A DNA stretch of 63,713 nt, the filler included, from Octopus bimaculoides (Eukaryota), in the NCBI RefSeq assembly GCF_001194135.2. It is 4 parts of 3 records of this genome, joined end to end, with 100 filler letters (N's around TTAATTAATTAA, not from the genome) between each part and the next. Parts side by side here need not be neighbours in the genome. Positions count along the whole stretch, not along the records: positions 27,147 to 39,631 come from NC_068984.1; 3 more parts are not named here. The stretch is one strand, 5' to 3'. Below the pieces are notes generated by a model that worked only from the letters and a program-made list of their open reading frames with translations, was not told the DNA's origin and did no database searches. Positions 27,047 through 39,597 of the stretch are shown here, piece by piece. The position numbers and the translations under genes were made by a program. Numbering within the stretch: position 1 is the stretch's first letter; each line of letters begins with the position of its first letter.

Positions 27047-27146
27047 NNNNNNNNNNNNNNNNNNNNNNNNNNNNNNNNNNNNNNNNNNNNTTAATTAATT
27101 AANNNNNNNNNNNNNNNNNNNNNNNNNNNNNNNNNNNNNNNNNNNN
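27047..27146. other. Artificial scaffold linker N44-TTAATTAATTAA-N44
   Basis: Exactly 100 bp. Identical linkers at 39632-39731 and 62403-62502. The 12-mer has stops in all six frames. Confidence 0.95.
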
Positions 27147-27242
27147 TCCGAGCTCTCGTGACGTAGCTTCTTAAGGCTAGCAGATCTATTTCGAGTAAGT
27201 GGCCCTTTGTGATTCGGTCGACGACCAATCTGGTTTGTGATC

Positions 27243-27296
<54 letters not shown>
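27243..27296. repeat. (TTA)n microsatellite
   Basis: Directly visible. Confidence 0.95.
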
Positions 27297-27297
<1 letters not shown>

Positions 27298-27309
27298 CGT
27301 TATTATACA

Positions 27310-27530
27310 GACGGCAAGCTGGCAGAATCGTTAGCACACCGGACAAAATGCTTAGCGGTATTTCGTCTGTCGTTACGTTCTGGGTTCAAATGCCGCCTCG
27401 GTCAACTTTGCCTTTCATCCTTCGGGGTCGATAAAATAAGTACCAGCTGTGCATTGGGGTCGATGTAATCAACTTAACTACACACTCCACACGCCGGAAA
27501 TTGCTGACCTTGTGCCAAAATTTGAAACCA
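27310..27530 (+). mobile_element. SINE family 1
   Basis: GGCAAGCTGGCAGAATCGTTAGCAC...GGGTTCAAATGCC...GGGGTCGATAAAATAAGTACCAG matches the 4488 copy. Confidence 0.9.
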
Positions 27531-27575
27531 TTATTTAGGTAATAATTAAGAGGACAAGGAAATAAGACGACGAAC

Positions 27576-27733
27576 AGGCAAATTCGTTAACGCGTCGAAC
27601 AAAATGCTCAGCGGTATTTCTTCTGGCTCATTTCGTTCTGATCTCAAATCCGGCCAAGTTCAACTTTGCGTCTTTTTGGGATCGATGAGATAGAGTACTA
27701 ATCAAGTATAACAAAGGTCAATGTAATCGATGA
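27576..27733 (+). mobile_element. Degenerate SINE family 1 copy
   Basis: AAAATGCTCAGCGGTATTTC...CAACTTTGC...TGTAATCGA aligns to the adjacent copy. Confidence 0.65.
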
Positions 27734-29699
27734 AATGTTTTAAAATTTGAAGTATTTATTATTTAGGGAAGTAAGGGAGACAACCGTAGACAGGTCTTGG
27801 TTTTGTGAATTCTCTATCTTTCTGTTAAGACAGAACTAATCGATGATGTATCAGACATCATTGAAAGTTTAAACTAATTGGATATATTCAGGATTGGTAA
27901 TTTAATTCCAGTTAAATCAACTGAAAGGCTGCAGAAATCCTATGCTTTGACCCTCAAAATAAGAGAAAAACGCTACTGGCAGGTCACGAACTTACAGCTA
28001 TTGATTAAAATGCTCACTCTGGTATCCATATAACTGTACAGCACTTCATTATTTCAAATGAACGACATCATGGAAGTCCAATTACATAGAATATTCTGAG
28101 AGGCACCAAGTCTCAGAGCTGCAGGGAAGGCAAACACAACGAACAAAGAATTATTCTATTTGTAATTAAAAATGAAATTAATGCTCTCCGTAAATTTTTC
28201 AGCATGTGCACACATGTATATATATANNNNNNNNNNNNNNNNNNNNNNNNNNNNNNNNNNNNNNNNNNNNNNNNNNNNNNNNNNNNNNNNNNNNNNNNNN
28301 NNNNNNNNNNNNNNNNNNNNNNNNNNNNNNNNNNNNNNNNNNNNNNNNNNNNNNNNNNNNNNNNNNNNNNNNNNNNNNNNNNNNNNNNNNNNNNNNNNNN
28401 NNNNNNNNNNNNNNNNNNNNNNNNNNNNNNNNNNNNNNNNNNNNNNNNNNNNNNNNNNNNNNNNNNNNNNNNNNNNNNNNNNNNNNNNNNNNNNNNNNNN
28501 NNNNNNNNNNNNNNNNNNNNNNNNNNNNNNNNNNNNNNNNNNNNNNNNNNNNNNNNNNNNNNNNNNNNNNNNNNNNNNNNNNNNNNNNNNNNNNNNNNNN
28601 NNNNNNNNNNNNNNNNNNNNNNNNNNNNNNNNNNNNNNNNNNNNNNNNNNNNNNNNNNNNNNNNNNNNNNNNNNNNNNNNNNNNNNNNNNNNNNNNNNNN
28701 NNNNNNNNNNNNNNNNNNNNNNNNNNNNNNNNNNNNNNNNNNNNNNNNNNNNNNNNNNNNNNNNATATGGATAAAAAGTTTAAAAAATCAAATAATTCAC
28801 GAATACAAGACTGTTTCCACGTGCAAGTTTAGCAAAGTGCTCAATAAAATACAAACATCCAATTTCAGAGCAATATTATTTTGATATTTTATAATAATGT
28901 AAAATATATTGTGATAATATTTAAAATATATTATGATAATATACTACGATGGCATTTATTATTATCACTTTATTTTAAATGAAGAGACGGGGAGATATCG
29001 TTATCAACCATCCCCACACAGCTGTTGTTCGGTGTCATTTTCACTGGCCCCAGTGTCACAGACATGTTCGTTAAACATTTCAAACTCCCAGTAAATAACT
29101 ATTAATAGTTCTCGGGTACAGTTTGATGTATGACAGACCAAACAAAGAATCACTGTTGTGGAGAACAAAGATTGGACAAAATATTCAGAAAGGAGTTAGA
29201 TATGGAGGTAACTAGCGATGCTGTGGTCAGTTATAACCATCAGTAATAAAGTTCATGCTTAACAGACAAGTTTATATTATATGCCGTGAGGAGAATTCCC
29301 AGATGTCAGTTAAGTTTTTCATGGGTTGTAATGACCAAATACGTTGGAAGAAGATGCGAGGGAGGAACGGAAAGAAGAGAGAAGAGTAAAAATGAAAGGG
29401 AGGTAACCAAGCGAAAATGACGTTAATAGCAATCAATGGACAGAATGGTAAAAAAGGTGAGAAGCAGCAATATGCCATGTAGAAGGGAAGAACAACTGGT
29501 AGAAAGTCAGTTATTTATAGGTGAAAGTGTAGAGTGTATATTGGTGAATAACAGCCCCGGTGGACATGTGACATTAAACATGACGCTAACGAGCCAATCA
29601 CAGCTTCAATTAAAGTTTGTAGCCTGTTGGTAAATAAACGTTCGTCAATCAAGCCAGACGGACCAATGTTGTTTTTCATTTTTTTTAGTATACACTTAA

Positions 29700-29916
29700 G
29701 TGTGTGTAAACTTAGCATGTGTGTGCGCAAGCTTATATTTGTGTGTGTGTGTCTGCATGTCTTTGTATGTTTGTGTGTGTGTGTGTGTGTGTGTTTGCAT
29801 ATGTATATGTATGTATATGTATATATGCATATATATCTGTGCGTATATAGACAGATAGATATTTGTATGAACATATGTCTATATGAATATATATAGAGAG
29901 AGAGAGACAGACAGAC

Positions 29917-29974
<58 letters not shown>
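29700..29974. repeat. (TG)/(TA)/(GA)/(GATA)n compound microsatellite
   Basis: Directly visible. Confidence 0.95.
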
Positions 29975-29975
<1 letters not shown>

Positions 29976-30823
29976 ATCGGATAAATATGGTACTTAGGTT
30001 GGGGCACCAGAATTTAGTACGGTGTTATCCATACAGTTTCAAAATAAGGTGATTAAAATCAAAATAAGCAACAAAGATATCCAGATGGAATGCAGNNNNN
30101 NNNNNNNNNNNNNNNNNNNNNNNNNNNNNNNNNNNNNNNNNNNNNNNNNNNNNNNNNNNNNNNNNNNNNNNNNNNNNNNNNNNNNNNNNNNNNNNNNNNN
30201 NNNNNNNNNNNNNNNNNNNNNNNNNNNNNNNNNNNNNNNNNNNNNNNNNNNNNNNNNNNNNNNNNNNNNNNNNNNNNNNNNNNNNNNNNNNNNNNNNNNN
30301 NNNNNNNNNNNNNNNNNNNNNNNNNNNNNNNNNNNNNNNNNNNNNNNNNNNNNNNNNNNNNNNNNNNNNNNNNNNNNNNNNNNNNNNNNNNNNNNNNNNN
30401 NNNNNNNNNNNNNNNNNNNNNNNNNNNNNNNNNNNNNNNNNNNNNNNNNNNNNNNNNNNNNNNNNNNNNNNNNNNNNNNNNNNNNNNNNNNNNNNNNNNN
30501 NNNNNNNNNNNNNNNNNNNNNNNNNNNNNNNNNNNNNNNNNNNNNNNNNNNNNNNNNNNNNNNNNNNNNNNNNNNNNNNNNNNNNNNNNNNNNNNNNNNN
30601 NNNNNNNNNNNNNNNNNNNNNNNNNNNNNNNNNNNNNNNNNNNNNNNNNNNNNNNNNNNNNNNNNNNNNNNNNNNNNNNNNNNNNNNNNNNNNNNNNNNN
30701 NNNNNNNNNNNNNNNNNNNNNNNNNNNNNNNNNNNNNNNNNNNNNNNNNNNNNNNNNNNNNNNNNNNNNNNNNNNNNNNNNNNNNNNNNNNNNNNNNNNN
30801 NNNNNNNNNNNNNTATCTCATAT

Positions 30824-30925
30824 GAAGGCGCGTTGCCAAGTGTTTAACGATGTTGTGCTCACAATCATAAAATCGAGTGTTGTGTCCTTGAGCAAGGCAC
30901 TTTGTTTCATGTTTCTCCAGTCTTC
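30824..30925 (+). mobile_element. Degenerate tRNA-derived SINE fragment (family 3)
   Basis: GAAGGCGCGTTGCCAAGTGTTTAA head (A-box-like) and TGTGTCCTTGAGCAAGGCACTT core typical of CORE/V-type SINEs. Confidence 0.55.
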
Positions 30926-31017
30926 GCAAGAAAAAGGTCAAAATTCCAGCCTTACATGTCGTTGCTCTTGTGTCTCCACGGATTGAATGTCCTCAGATTG
31001 AGTGTTTTAAGATTCTT

Positions 31018-31075
<58 letters not shown>

Positions 31076-31269
31076 TTAAGCAAAGTTTATATCGTTTGCT
31101 CTTATTCATATAAGTGCCTGGTATTCAAAAAGTGGACTTGTAGTAGTTGTTCAGATGTTACTCAAACGGTGGCGTGGTTGAACCGACATATTTTTGTGTC
31201 TGTGTATCGGATATGCTACCGCTGCTGATATTTCCTTTGTTAAATCTGGGTCTGATGTTCAAAACAAAC

Positions 31270-31704
31270 CGACCGCTTTGCATCACATACGGCTTATACC
31301 GAATGTCATGATACACAACTTTTCTGATGGTGCATTCTGAAACCTTGAAGTCATTCGTTCAGATTGACTTCCGGGGTTCTAACAATTATTTCTTGGACTT
31401 TTGTACATTGTTATGTGTTCCGATGGTATTAGGACCCCGTGCATGCGTTTCTCGTTTAACTACTGATGTTGGATCCCCGTTAGCATCTTCCAGCTCCTTT
31501 CAAACTTTCACAACGAAGGATAGGGCAACTTTCAGGATGCCAGTTATTTCTGTAGAACTACGTTGCGCTTTTAAGACAATGATTACAGTGTGCCTTTTCA
31601 TTCAACCTGATGTCTGAAATTATTTATCCGAAAAGTAAGGTTAAAAAAAATAAGTTAAAAGAAAGAGCTTATGAAAAATATATCCTCTAAAAATTGACGC
31701 ATTC
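31270..31704 (-). mobile_element. Tc1/mariner-superfamily (maT/DD37D-like) transposase N-terminal relic
   Basis: Minus strand: SDIRL..MKRHTVIIVLKAQRSSTEITGILKVALSFVVKV*KELED..KRETHARGPNTIGT, VSECTIRK, DIRYKPYVM (HTH region). The 5' end appears interrupted by the LTR element. Confidence 0.65.
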
Positions 31705-32606
31705 TGTTTATGATTGTTTGCCGTGGAAAAGACATTACTGATGCACTGAGCCAGAGTGTGAGTGACGATCATAGAGAAGATCCCGTGGCAATATACACGG
31801 CATTGCAGTTGGCCTTTCTTGGCATTTAAGCGCCACAGTTTGGAAGTGCTGCCTCGATCATAGTAATAATGGTACACCTCTCCCACGTGACAAGTGGAAT
31901 GAGAGGTCACTCTAAGCAGAGTGACGCCGGCCAGTATCGGAGAATACGTGTTAGACTGTCTTGCAGAGCTAATAGCGATGCGGCGTATACCGAAGTGGAC
32001 GTACTCGTATACCGACATAGAAAGGATTACAGCAGTGGCGACTAGGATTCGTATACCGACATAGAAAGGATTACAGCAGTGGCGACTAGGATAAACCAAT
32101 TCAGGTGGAGTTAATAGAAACTCGAAGAGGAGTTAATAAACTCACAAAGTTGGTGTACGAAATTTACGATAAATCGTAAAAGTATGGAAAATTTGTCAGT
32201 AGGTTTGCTCGAGTTGCAAAAACAGTAACAACAGTTAAGAGAACAACAACAGCAGCAGATACAACTGCAAGAGCAACAACAACAACAACAAATGCTGCAA
32301 TTAATAAAGTCGTGAGGAAAGTGCGAAAAAGAATCCTCGCCAGACGATGTCGCAAACTCCATAACTGAGTTCAAATACAAACCAGATGAAGGAGTTACCT
32401 TCGAAGAATACTACAGAAGATATGAGCAAACCTTCGAGAAAGAAAGTAAAGATTGGGACGACGAGAGGAAAACGTGCTTAATCTTGAGAAAACTGGTGCC
32501 AACAGAACATGAGAGATACAGTAATTAATTACTTCCAAGAAAACCTTTGGACATAAATTTTAATGACACAATAGATATATTGTGTAACATTTTCAGTGAA
32601 AAGAAC
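31705..32606 (+). mobile_element. Truncated Gypsy (Mag/Cer-like) LTR retrotransposon: 5' LTR, PBS, gag N-terminus
   Basis: Putative LTR TG(31705)...CA, PBS TGGCGACTAGGAT, then from 32184 MENLSVGLLELQKQ*QQLREQQQQ..VANSITEFKYKPDEGVTFEEYYRRYEQTFE..LILRKLVPTEHERYSN*LLPRKPLDINFNDTI, a Mag/Cer-type gag. The LTR left boundary is approximate. Confidence 0.8.
32005..32092 (+). repeat. Perfect 44-bp tandem duplication spanning the LTR end and PBS
   Basis: TCGTATACCGACATAGAAAGGATTACAGCAGTGGCGACTAGGAT occurs twice (32005-32048 and 32049-32092). Confidence 0.95.
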
Positions 32607-32981
32607 GTTTCTGTGCAGGCTTTATTCACTGAGTGAACGATTTCATAGGCGGGAATTTCTTAGAAACAATGAGCAGCATACAAACCGATCATTGCCGTTG
32701 CACCACACATGTCTGTAGCTTCCTTTCTTGTGAAATCATATGGTAGATTTAGAGTTGGCGGCACCGGTTACAATAGCTCTGTGGCCCGTTTGACTGCGCC
32801 CCTCCGTTGTTGTCTCTCTCTAACAAAATCAGTCAATGTCTATGATTTGTCGTTGAGTTCGATACCTGGGTTTACCACTTGCAACAACAAACAGCGGAGC
32901 ATTTGTTCAAAAAGTGAGGTAGTGATCTATCAGGCAGAGAGAGGGCGGGTCTGAAGAAAATTGGGCAACTAAGATTAAGAA

Positions 32982-33026
<45 letters not shown>

Positions 33027-33247
33027 NNNNNNNNNNNNNNNNNNNNNNNNNNNNNNNNNNNNNNNNNNNNNNNNNNNNNNNNNNNNNNNNNNNNNNNNNN
33101 NNNNNNNNNNNNNNNNNNNNNNNNNNNNNNNNNNNNNNNNNNNNNNNNNNNNNNNNNNNNNNNNNNNNNNNNNNNNNNNNNNNNNNNNNNNNNNNNNNNN
33201 NNNNNNNNNNNNNNNNNNNNNNNNNNNNNNNNNNNNNNNNNNNNNNN

Positions 33248-33296
<49 letters not shown>

Positions 33297-33379
33297 TGCA
33301 TATATGTATAAATATATATAAGTATATGTGTATGTGGGGGGGGGGGGCGTGATGGTCACAAAAATCTGATAAATCGAAG

Positions 33380-33831
33380 GGCTACAAACCAGACAAATCC
33401 ATGACATCAATGGCCTTTCGATCACCTTTGTTCTGGACAATGAAACCTTTCTGCTGATAGACGTGAAGCTTTTCTATAATGATATCGTCAATAAAGCTAA
33501 AATAATCAAGGATTACAACTGACTCACAGACAGATGGAAATCGGTGTATCTTTTCTCTTACGATAAATCAATAGAGCACAATACGTTTTTAGTGGCCGTA
33601 TTGTTAGCAGTGTTCGGAGGATTTGATTGGCCGCTCAAGGAAATCCGTTTCAATTACAGGAAGGTACTGACAATTACTGACAGTTCCTACATCAAGAGTG
33701 ACATGAAGAGAATTTATCTCAAAAGGAAAATAAGGTTAAAGACGTTGTTTGAGATAAGTCCGGATAGTTTTAGGACTGACTATACTACTCAGCATCAAAA
33801 CACAAAGGCAAAAATAGACATCTACATAGTA
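33380..33831 (+). mobile_element. Possible restriction-like-endonuclease LINE (NeSL/Utopia-like) 3' relic
   Basis: KPD..FVLDNETFLLIDVK..KIIKDYN, AVFGG.W, DIY pattern loosely resembles PD-x-ID-x-K RLE C-termini. Weak. Confidence 0.3.
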
Positions 33832-34443
33832 TNNNNNNNNNNNNNNNNNNNNNNNNNNNNNNNNNNNNNNNNNNNNNNNNNNNNNNNNNNNNNNNNNNNN
33901 NNNNNNNNNNNNNNNNNNNNNNNNNNNNNNNNNNNNNNNNNNNNNNNNNNNNNNNNNNNNNNNNNNNNNNNNNNNNNNNNNNNNNNNNNNNNNNNNNNNN
34001 NNNNNNNNNNNNNNNNNNNNNNNNNNNNNNNNNNNNNNNNNNNNNNNNNNNNNNNNNNNNNNNNNNNNNNNNNNNNNNNNNNNNNNNNNNNNNNNNNNNN
34101 NNNNNNNNNNNNNNNNNNNNNNNNNNNNNNNNNNNNNNNNNNNNNNNNNNNNNNNNNNNNNNNNNNNNNNNNNNNNNNNNNNNNNNNNNNNNNNNNNNNN
34201 NNNNNNNNNNNNNNNNNNNNNNNNNNNNNNNNNNNNNNNNNNNNNNNNNNNNNNNNNNNNNNNNNNNNNNNNNNNNNNNNNNNNNNNNNNNNNNNNNNNN
34301 NNNNNNNNNNNNNNNNNNNNNNNNNNNNNNNNNNNNNNNNNNNNNNNNNNNNNNNNNNNNNNNNNNNNNNNNNNNNNNNNNNNNNNNNNNNNNNNNNNNN
34401 NNNNNNNNNNNNNNNNNNNNNNNNNNNNNNNNNNNNNNNNATA

Positions 34444-34478
<35 letters not shown>

Positions 34479-35229
34479 GAGTGATAGGGAGCTTATTATA
34501 TTCATTAGGAAAAGGAAATGATAAGTAGATAGATAGATTTAATAGAGTTTAAATAATAAATTAAATTTAAATAATTCGCGTTCCGTGAAAGATAAAATTA
34601 GAATAAACATAGGAACAAATCTTAAAGTGGTGCGCGCCCTCACCATTTAAAAATAATTTAGTTCATACATATGATACATAGCGAATAGTACCCCCATTAA
34701 AAATACATAAAAATTAATTCTTTTTAAAATAATATATAATAACTCAAGCTATCAACAAATAAGACTTATACATCCAAAGGAATAAAAAATTGTAATAACA
34801 ATAAAAATTGAAATTCGCACAATTAAATATGTAGAAATTAAATAATTATATAGATTTGGATACATGCAAATATATTTTTATTTTTGTTTTTTATTCTTTT
34901 GACAAGTGTGTAGGGAGAGAAGTGGCAGCCAGCCTATAAAAAACCGATCTAAATTTCATTAAGGAGGAATAGTAATATGACCTTGTTTTTCAAGACTGTA
35001 AATAGCCATTGTCCCCTATGGTCGTAGTTTAACCTCTAGCTATTTTTAGAATGGAATCCAAAAACACACATGCTGACACGCACAAACACACATGCACATG
35101 CTGCTATTCAGTATCTAAGGAGCTATATATATATTCACTTAAGCACAAATGTGGGTGTGTGGTAAGCTGCGATAGTAAAACAGGTATAAACACAAGACAA
35201 ATCAAACAGAATCTCGGAAGTGCGAAACA

Positions 35230-35707
35230 GATAGAAAAGTAAGGCACTGCATGGCAAATACTCTCCTAGAAGGGCCAGCGGTCCTGATGTTGATACAAAC
35301 ATCAATGGTTGGCTGCTTATGGACTTAAATCAGAATCAGAAGGATTCATTATACCAACGCAGGATCAAGGACTACCACTAGAAACTACCAAACAAGCATT
35401 CTTAAAAACAGGTGCTGATCCTACCTGCAGCTCTTGTGGTACAACCAAAGAAACAATTCACCATCTAATCTTTGAATATTCTATGTTAGCCTGAAAGGAA
35501 TATATTAATTGCCGTGGTAGTAATGGAACTGGGTCTTATACCTTATATTTGAACTCCCATACGAGAAGAACTGGTGGGAACACAAGCCTACCAAAGCTGT
35601 AGAAAATAAGATACGATCGCTCTTTAGGGCTTTAGTATCCAAACTGATCATACTATAAAAACCAATAGACGAGATATTGTGGTACAAAATTGACGGTAAG
35701 AAAAACA
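35230..35707 (+). mobile_element. Dong/R4-clade LINE fragment 1
   Basis: KALHGKY, GLKSESEGFIIPTQDQ, GADPTCSSCGTTKETIHHLI (CCHC knuckle), YEKNWWEHKP. Confidence 0.85.
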
Positions 35708-35811
35708 TGAAAGTCAAAGTCAACCCTGGCGGAATTTGAAATCCAGACGTATCAACCGGCGAAATACCATTAAGCCTTTCGTCCAGCGTGATAACGATTC
35801 TGCCAGCTCAC
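35708..35811 (-). mobile_element. SINE family 1 5' fragment (minus strand)
   Basis: The reverse complement reads GTGAGCTGGCAGAATCGTTATCACGCTGGACGAAAGGCTTAATGGTATTTCG...TTCAAATTCCGCC. Confidence 0.8.
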
Positions 35812-36629
35812 AAATTCTTATTGATCCGGAACTACCAAGCAAATGTAATGAAAGATGGACTAGACCCAAAGTACCGATACTGCAACGATGGGATTGAAAC
35901 AGTGAACCGCCTAATCTCCGGCTGCAAGGTTTTAGCAGCAAGACATGACAGAGGTGGCCAATGTCTACACTGGATAATGTGTCGACATCATAAAAGCAAA
36001 ACTGCTGACAAATGGTACGAGCACCACCCTGAGGCTGTAACTGAGGGAGAAAACGTAACTATTCTTTGGGACTTTCCAGTATGTACAGACCGGATCATCA
36101 AAGCAAATAAACCAGATATTGTTGTGAAAGACCAAAGCAATAAAATCTGTTTATTGATTGGCATGAGCATACCATGTGACCGTAATATCTTGGCAAAAGA
36201 ATTTGACAAGTTCAGAAAATATAAAGATCTGCTAATCTAAATCGAAAAGATGTGGCATCTCAAGACGGTTACAATACCAGTGATTGTAGGAACACTTGGA
36301 ATGATCAAAAAAGAAAACTGAAAATTATTTAAGAATGATCCTTGGCTTACCATCGATGCAAGAAGTGCAAAAGATCGTTTTAACTGGAACGTCACACGTA
36401 TTGAGAAAAGCAATGTCATTGTGAATTTTCGTTCCTTTTCTTTTGTTTTCATTTTTCTTCTTTCCTTCTTCTTTCCTTTCTTTTTTCTCTCTGTCTTTCT
36501 TCCTCTTTTTTCTTTCACATGGCATTGTAAATTAATAATCTGGCGTGTTTATTTTAATGGCCTATTGATATATACAGAGTTTCTTTCCCTTAAGTGTCTG
36601 GAAGACGCTCTGCAAGAAATGATAACAAA

Positions 36630-36703
<74 letters not shown>
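35812..36703 (+). mobile_element. Dong/R4-clade LINE fragment 2 with (TAA)n tail
   Basis: RNYQANVMKDGLDPKYRYC..ETVNRLISGC..RHD..LHW..WYEHHP..ILWDF..ANKPDIVVKD..K.RKYKDL (RLE PD..D..K), IPVIVGTLG, 3' UTR, (TAA)n at 36630-36703. Confidence 0.9.
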
Positions 36704-36704
<1 letters not shown>

Positions 36705-37529
36705 TCTCGTCGAAAGAGTGCTGGAATCGGATAAATTCAAAATTTTATAGGATCTTCCTTTTCAAACGAATAAGAAGCTAGAAAATAATAAAGCACACAT
36801 AACAAGAATAGGAGAAGCGAAGTTGCTTACTAATTGATCCATCATATTCGTTTGATGAGGGAAATAAATGCTGCCAATAGCGGTGCGTATCAATACTTGT
36901 TGTGATAAAATATATTGATATAAATCTCCTGTGAAAACTTCCATGAAATTCATTCTTAACAGAGAATATATTGTGTCCTAGGGCAGAAATACTTGTATGA
37001 TGTTGTAACACTCAATTTCCAAGCTAAAAGGAACGTTAAATCAAACTTCAGCGAAAAAGACAGTATTTTGCGCTCAAATGAAACAGAACTGTCAGCTAAT
37101 GTATCTGGTTATAGGTTTTAGTTCCTAACCATTATCAATAACGTGCCTGACCATGTTGCAGTGTTTTCATATTAAATTTGAGAAACAGATGTGTTTTGCA
37201 GAAGAGAAGAAAAGCAGTTTATACAGATAGCCCAATAGGCAGGCATTTTTAACTTCTGTTTGTTTCTAAACATACAACGCTAGAACAAAATATTGCTTAA
37301 ACATTATCAATATATGCTTCTTACTCTCAGCTCTCAATCATTAAAGAATATTCTAAGAAGTTTAATGTCAACGTAGGTTAAAATTATCTGCCTATGCAAT
37401 CAATATCTAATTAACGCAAACTGTCTTCTCGTTTATTGAAATGACAATGATAAGACATATTTTGTCTTCAAAACGTGAAAATAAGCCTTCAACAAGATAC
37501 ACACATAAATGCATTCAAACATAAACACG

Positions 37530-37560
<31 letters not shown>

Positions 37561-37956
37561 AGCAGAATTAGGTAAGCTGAAATATGTTTGTTACATATCT
37601 CAACTACTAAAAGGTAAATACACTGCATTAACCGTGGATAAAAGAATCTCTCTTATGGTAAAAAGGTGTGAAAACACTGGTTCGTTCAGTGTCGCCATCA
37701 GTTAGGAATCGCAGACATCGTTGCTACGAGTTTTTTGACTCTAGTCAATGAGACGTACCTAAGAGAGGCAACTCTGAACAAACTGAATAAAGCCTTAGCT
37801 TTATATACAATTCAGTTAAAACGTTGACTGATTTGCACTGGTAGATCGCCCGACCGAAGTAAATAGCAAAGCGTCGGCGCGAAGCAGTATGGAAGTATCA
37901 GCAGAATTGGGTTGGTTGACACATGTCTGGACCATATTTCAACTTACCTAATTCTG
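37561..37956 (-). mobile_element. Retrozyme-like/PLE-derived non-coding repeat, copy 2
   Basis: Homologous to 26678-27046. Terminal direct repeat (AGCAGAATT..TGA..ATG at 37561 and 37900; 339-bp period) followed by a 24-bp inverted copy (37933-37956). Confidence 0.75.
37704..37760 (-). ncRNA. Decayed hammerhead motif (homologue of 26823-26880)
   Basis: GTCTCA TTGACTA GAGT caaaaa ACTC GTAG CA ACGA TG TC TGCGAT. Core mutated, but stem II keeps pairing through a C-G to T-A compensatory change. Confidence 0.6.
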
Positions 37957-37982
37957 ATGATGCTTACACACTCGTTTGCCTC

Positions 37983-38649
37983 TAATGCAGCGTTTGCCGC
38001 ATCCGTAATGGAGTGGATGAAACCATTGCCCATATCGCGAACGAATGCCCTAGACTTGCCCAAAACCACTGCAAGTTGTGGCGACACGATGAGGCAACGA
38101 AAGTGCTACACTGGAAACTGTACGAAATGTGGCGTCTTGGAAGTGACAAGAAGTGCTATGAGCACAAACCGTAGAGAGTGGTGGAGTCGGAGACTTGCAA
38201 AATCCTCTGGGATACCCCGCTCTAAACAAATCAGGTGCTAGAGCATAACAGAGCGGATTTGGTGGGGGTCGACAAGATGCACCACATGTCCTATATAGTT
38301 GATGTTACATGCCCCTTTGACCCACAAGTAGACAAAAAGAAAGGCGAAAAAATAGATAGATACAACCCGTTTAAATACTAGATAGTTCAGCTATGGAAAA
38401 TGAAGGCGATGCTAATTATTGTTGGGTTCTTGGGGACAATATCAGAAGGGATCAAGAGGAATATGAAGGAAATTGGAATAGAGTGCCCAGTAGAACTGTT
38501 GCAAAAAGTTTGCCTCCTTGGTATAGCCAGAATAATCAGGAAAGTATTAGATAACTGAAAAGAATTGATAGCATTGTACCGTAGACTGACGGTAGTAAGC
38601 CTGCTACGCATACAAGACTACAGGAGTTCCAAGCAACCTGTGATAAAGA

Positions 38650-38718
<69 letters not shown>
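37983..38718 (+). mobile_element. Dong/R4-clade LINE fragment 3 with (TAA)n tail
   Basis: CSVCR..ETIAHIANECPRLAQ..WRHD..LHWKL..YEHKP..CKILWD..HNRADLV..IVDVTCPFD..EKIDRY..LLQKVCLLGIARIIRKVLDN*. (TAA)n at 38652-38718. Confidence 0.9.
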
Positions 38719-39597
38719 CGTTTCAGCAGCCATTCAGTGGGTAAAGAAAAGAATGCATGGTCAATTTCATAGGGATGTTGAAGATAAGACAGACAGAGAA
38801 AAAAGATGGCTGTGGATGACTGAAATTGATTTAAAACCGGAAACGGAGGCTCTAATCTGTGCTGCCCAAGACCAAGCACTAAGAACAAACTACATACAAT
38901 ACAGAATAGACAACACAGCAGAAAGTGATAAGTGCAGAATCTGTTGACGAAACGGTGAAACCGTATGGCATATTACCAGCCAATGTACGTAACTAGCCCA
39001 GAAGGAATATAAGAAACGCCACGACAATATAGCAAGGATTGTCCATTGGACACTCTGCAACAAGTATGGATTTGACAGAGCAAAAATGTGGTACGAACAT
39101 CAACCTGAAGGCATCATCAAGAATAATAATACAAAGATCCTATGGCATTTTATGATTCATTGTGACTATGAGATAGAGAATAGGAAACCAGGCACAGTGT
39201 TAATTGAGAAAGAAAGCAAACGATGCTGGATCATAGATATAGCACGCCCAGCCGACAACAAGGTATGCGATAACGAAGAAAAGTCGATAGACATGACAGG
39301 ATAGCTTGGGAGGTTAAGCAGTTGTGGTCGTTTAAAAAGGTGGTAGTAGTACCAATAATTGTCGGAGCCCTGGGAACAATGAGTAAAATTCTTGAGAAGT
39401 ACGTGGAACAAATAGGGGCTACAATAAGGGTGGAGTACTTGCTGAAAACAGCACTGCTTGGGACCGCTCGAATACTCCGAAAGGTGCTTGAAAAATAAGA
39501 GGTGTTACCTTAGTTCACTGGTAGTGAACAGCTGACACCGTAGTACATCTCCAGCGTTAGAAGCTGTGCAAAGGCAATAATAATAATAATAATAATG

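Noticed and set aside
27091-27102. TTAATTAATTAA as a biological motif (homeodomain or PacI-like site)
   Set aside because: Centred in exactly 44+44 Ns three times, so it is a synthetic linker.
32111-32380. Minus-strand poly-Cys ORF
   Set aside because: Antisense of the poly-Gln stretch of the Gypsy gag on the plus strand.
36762-37011. Minus-strand ORFs with faint resemblance to a GPCR TM3 'DRY' region
   Set aside because: Needs frameshifts and liberal matching; no other TM segments recognised.
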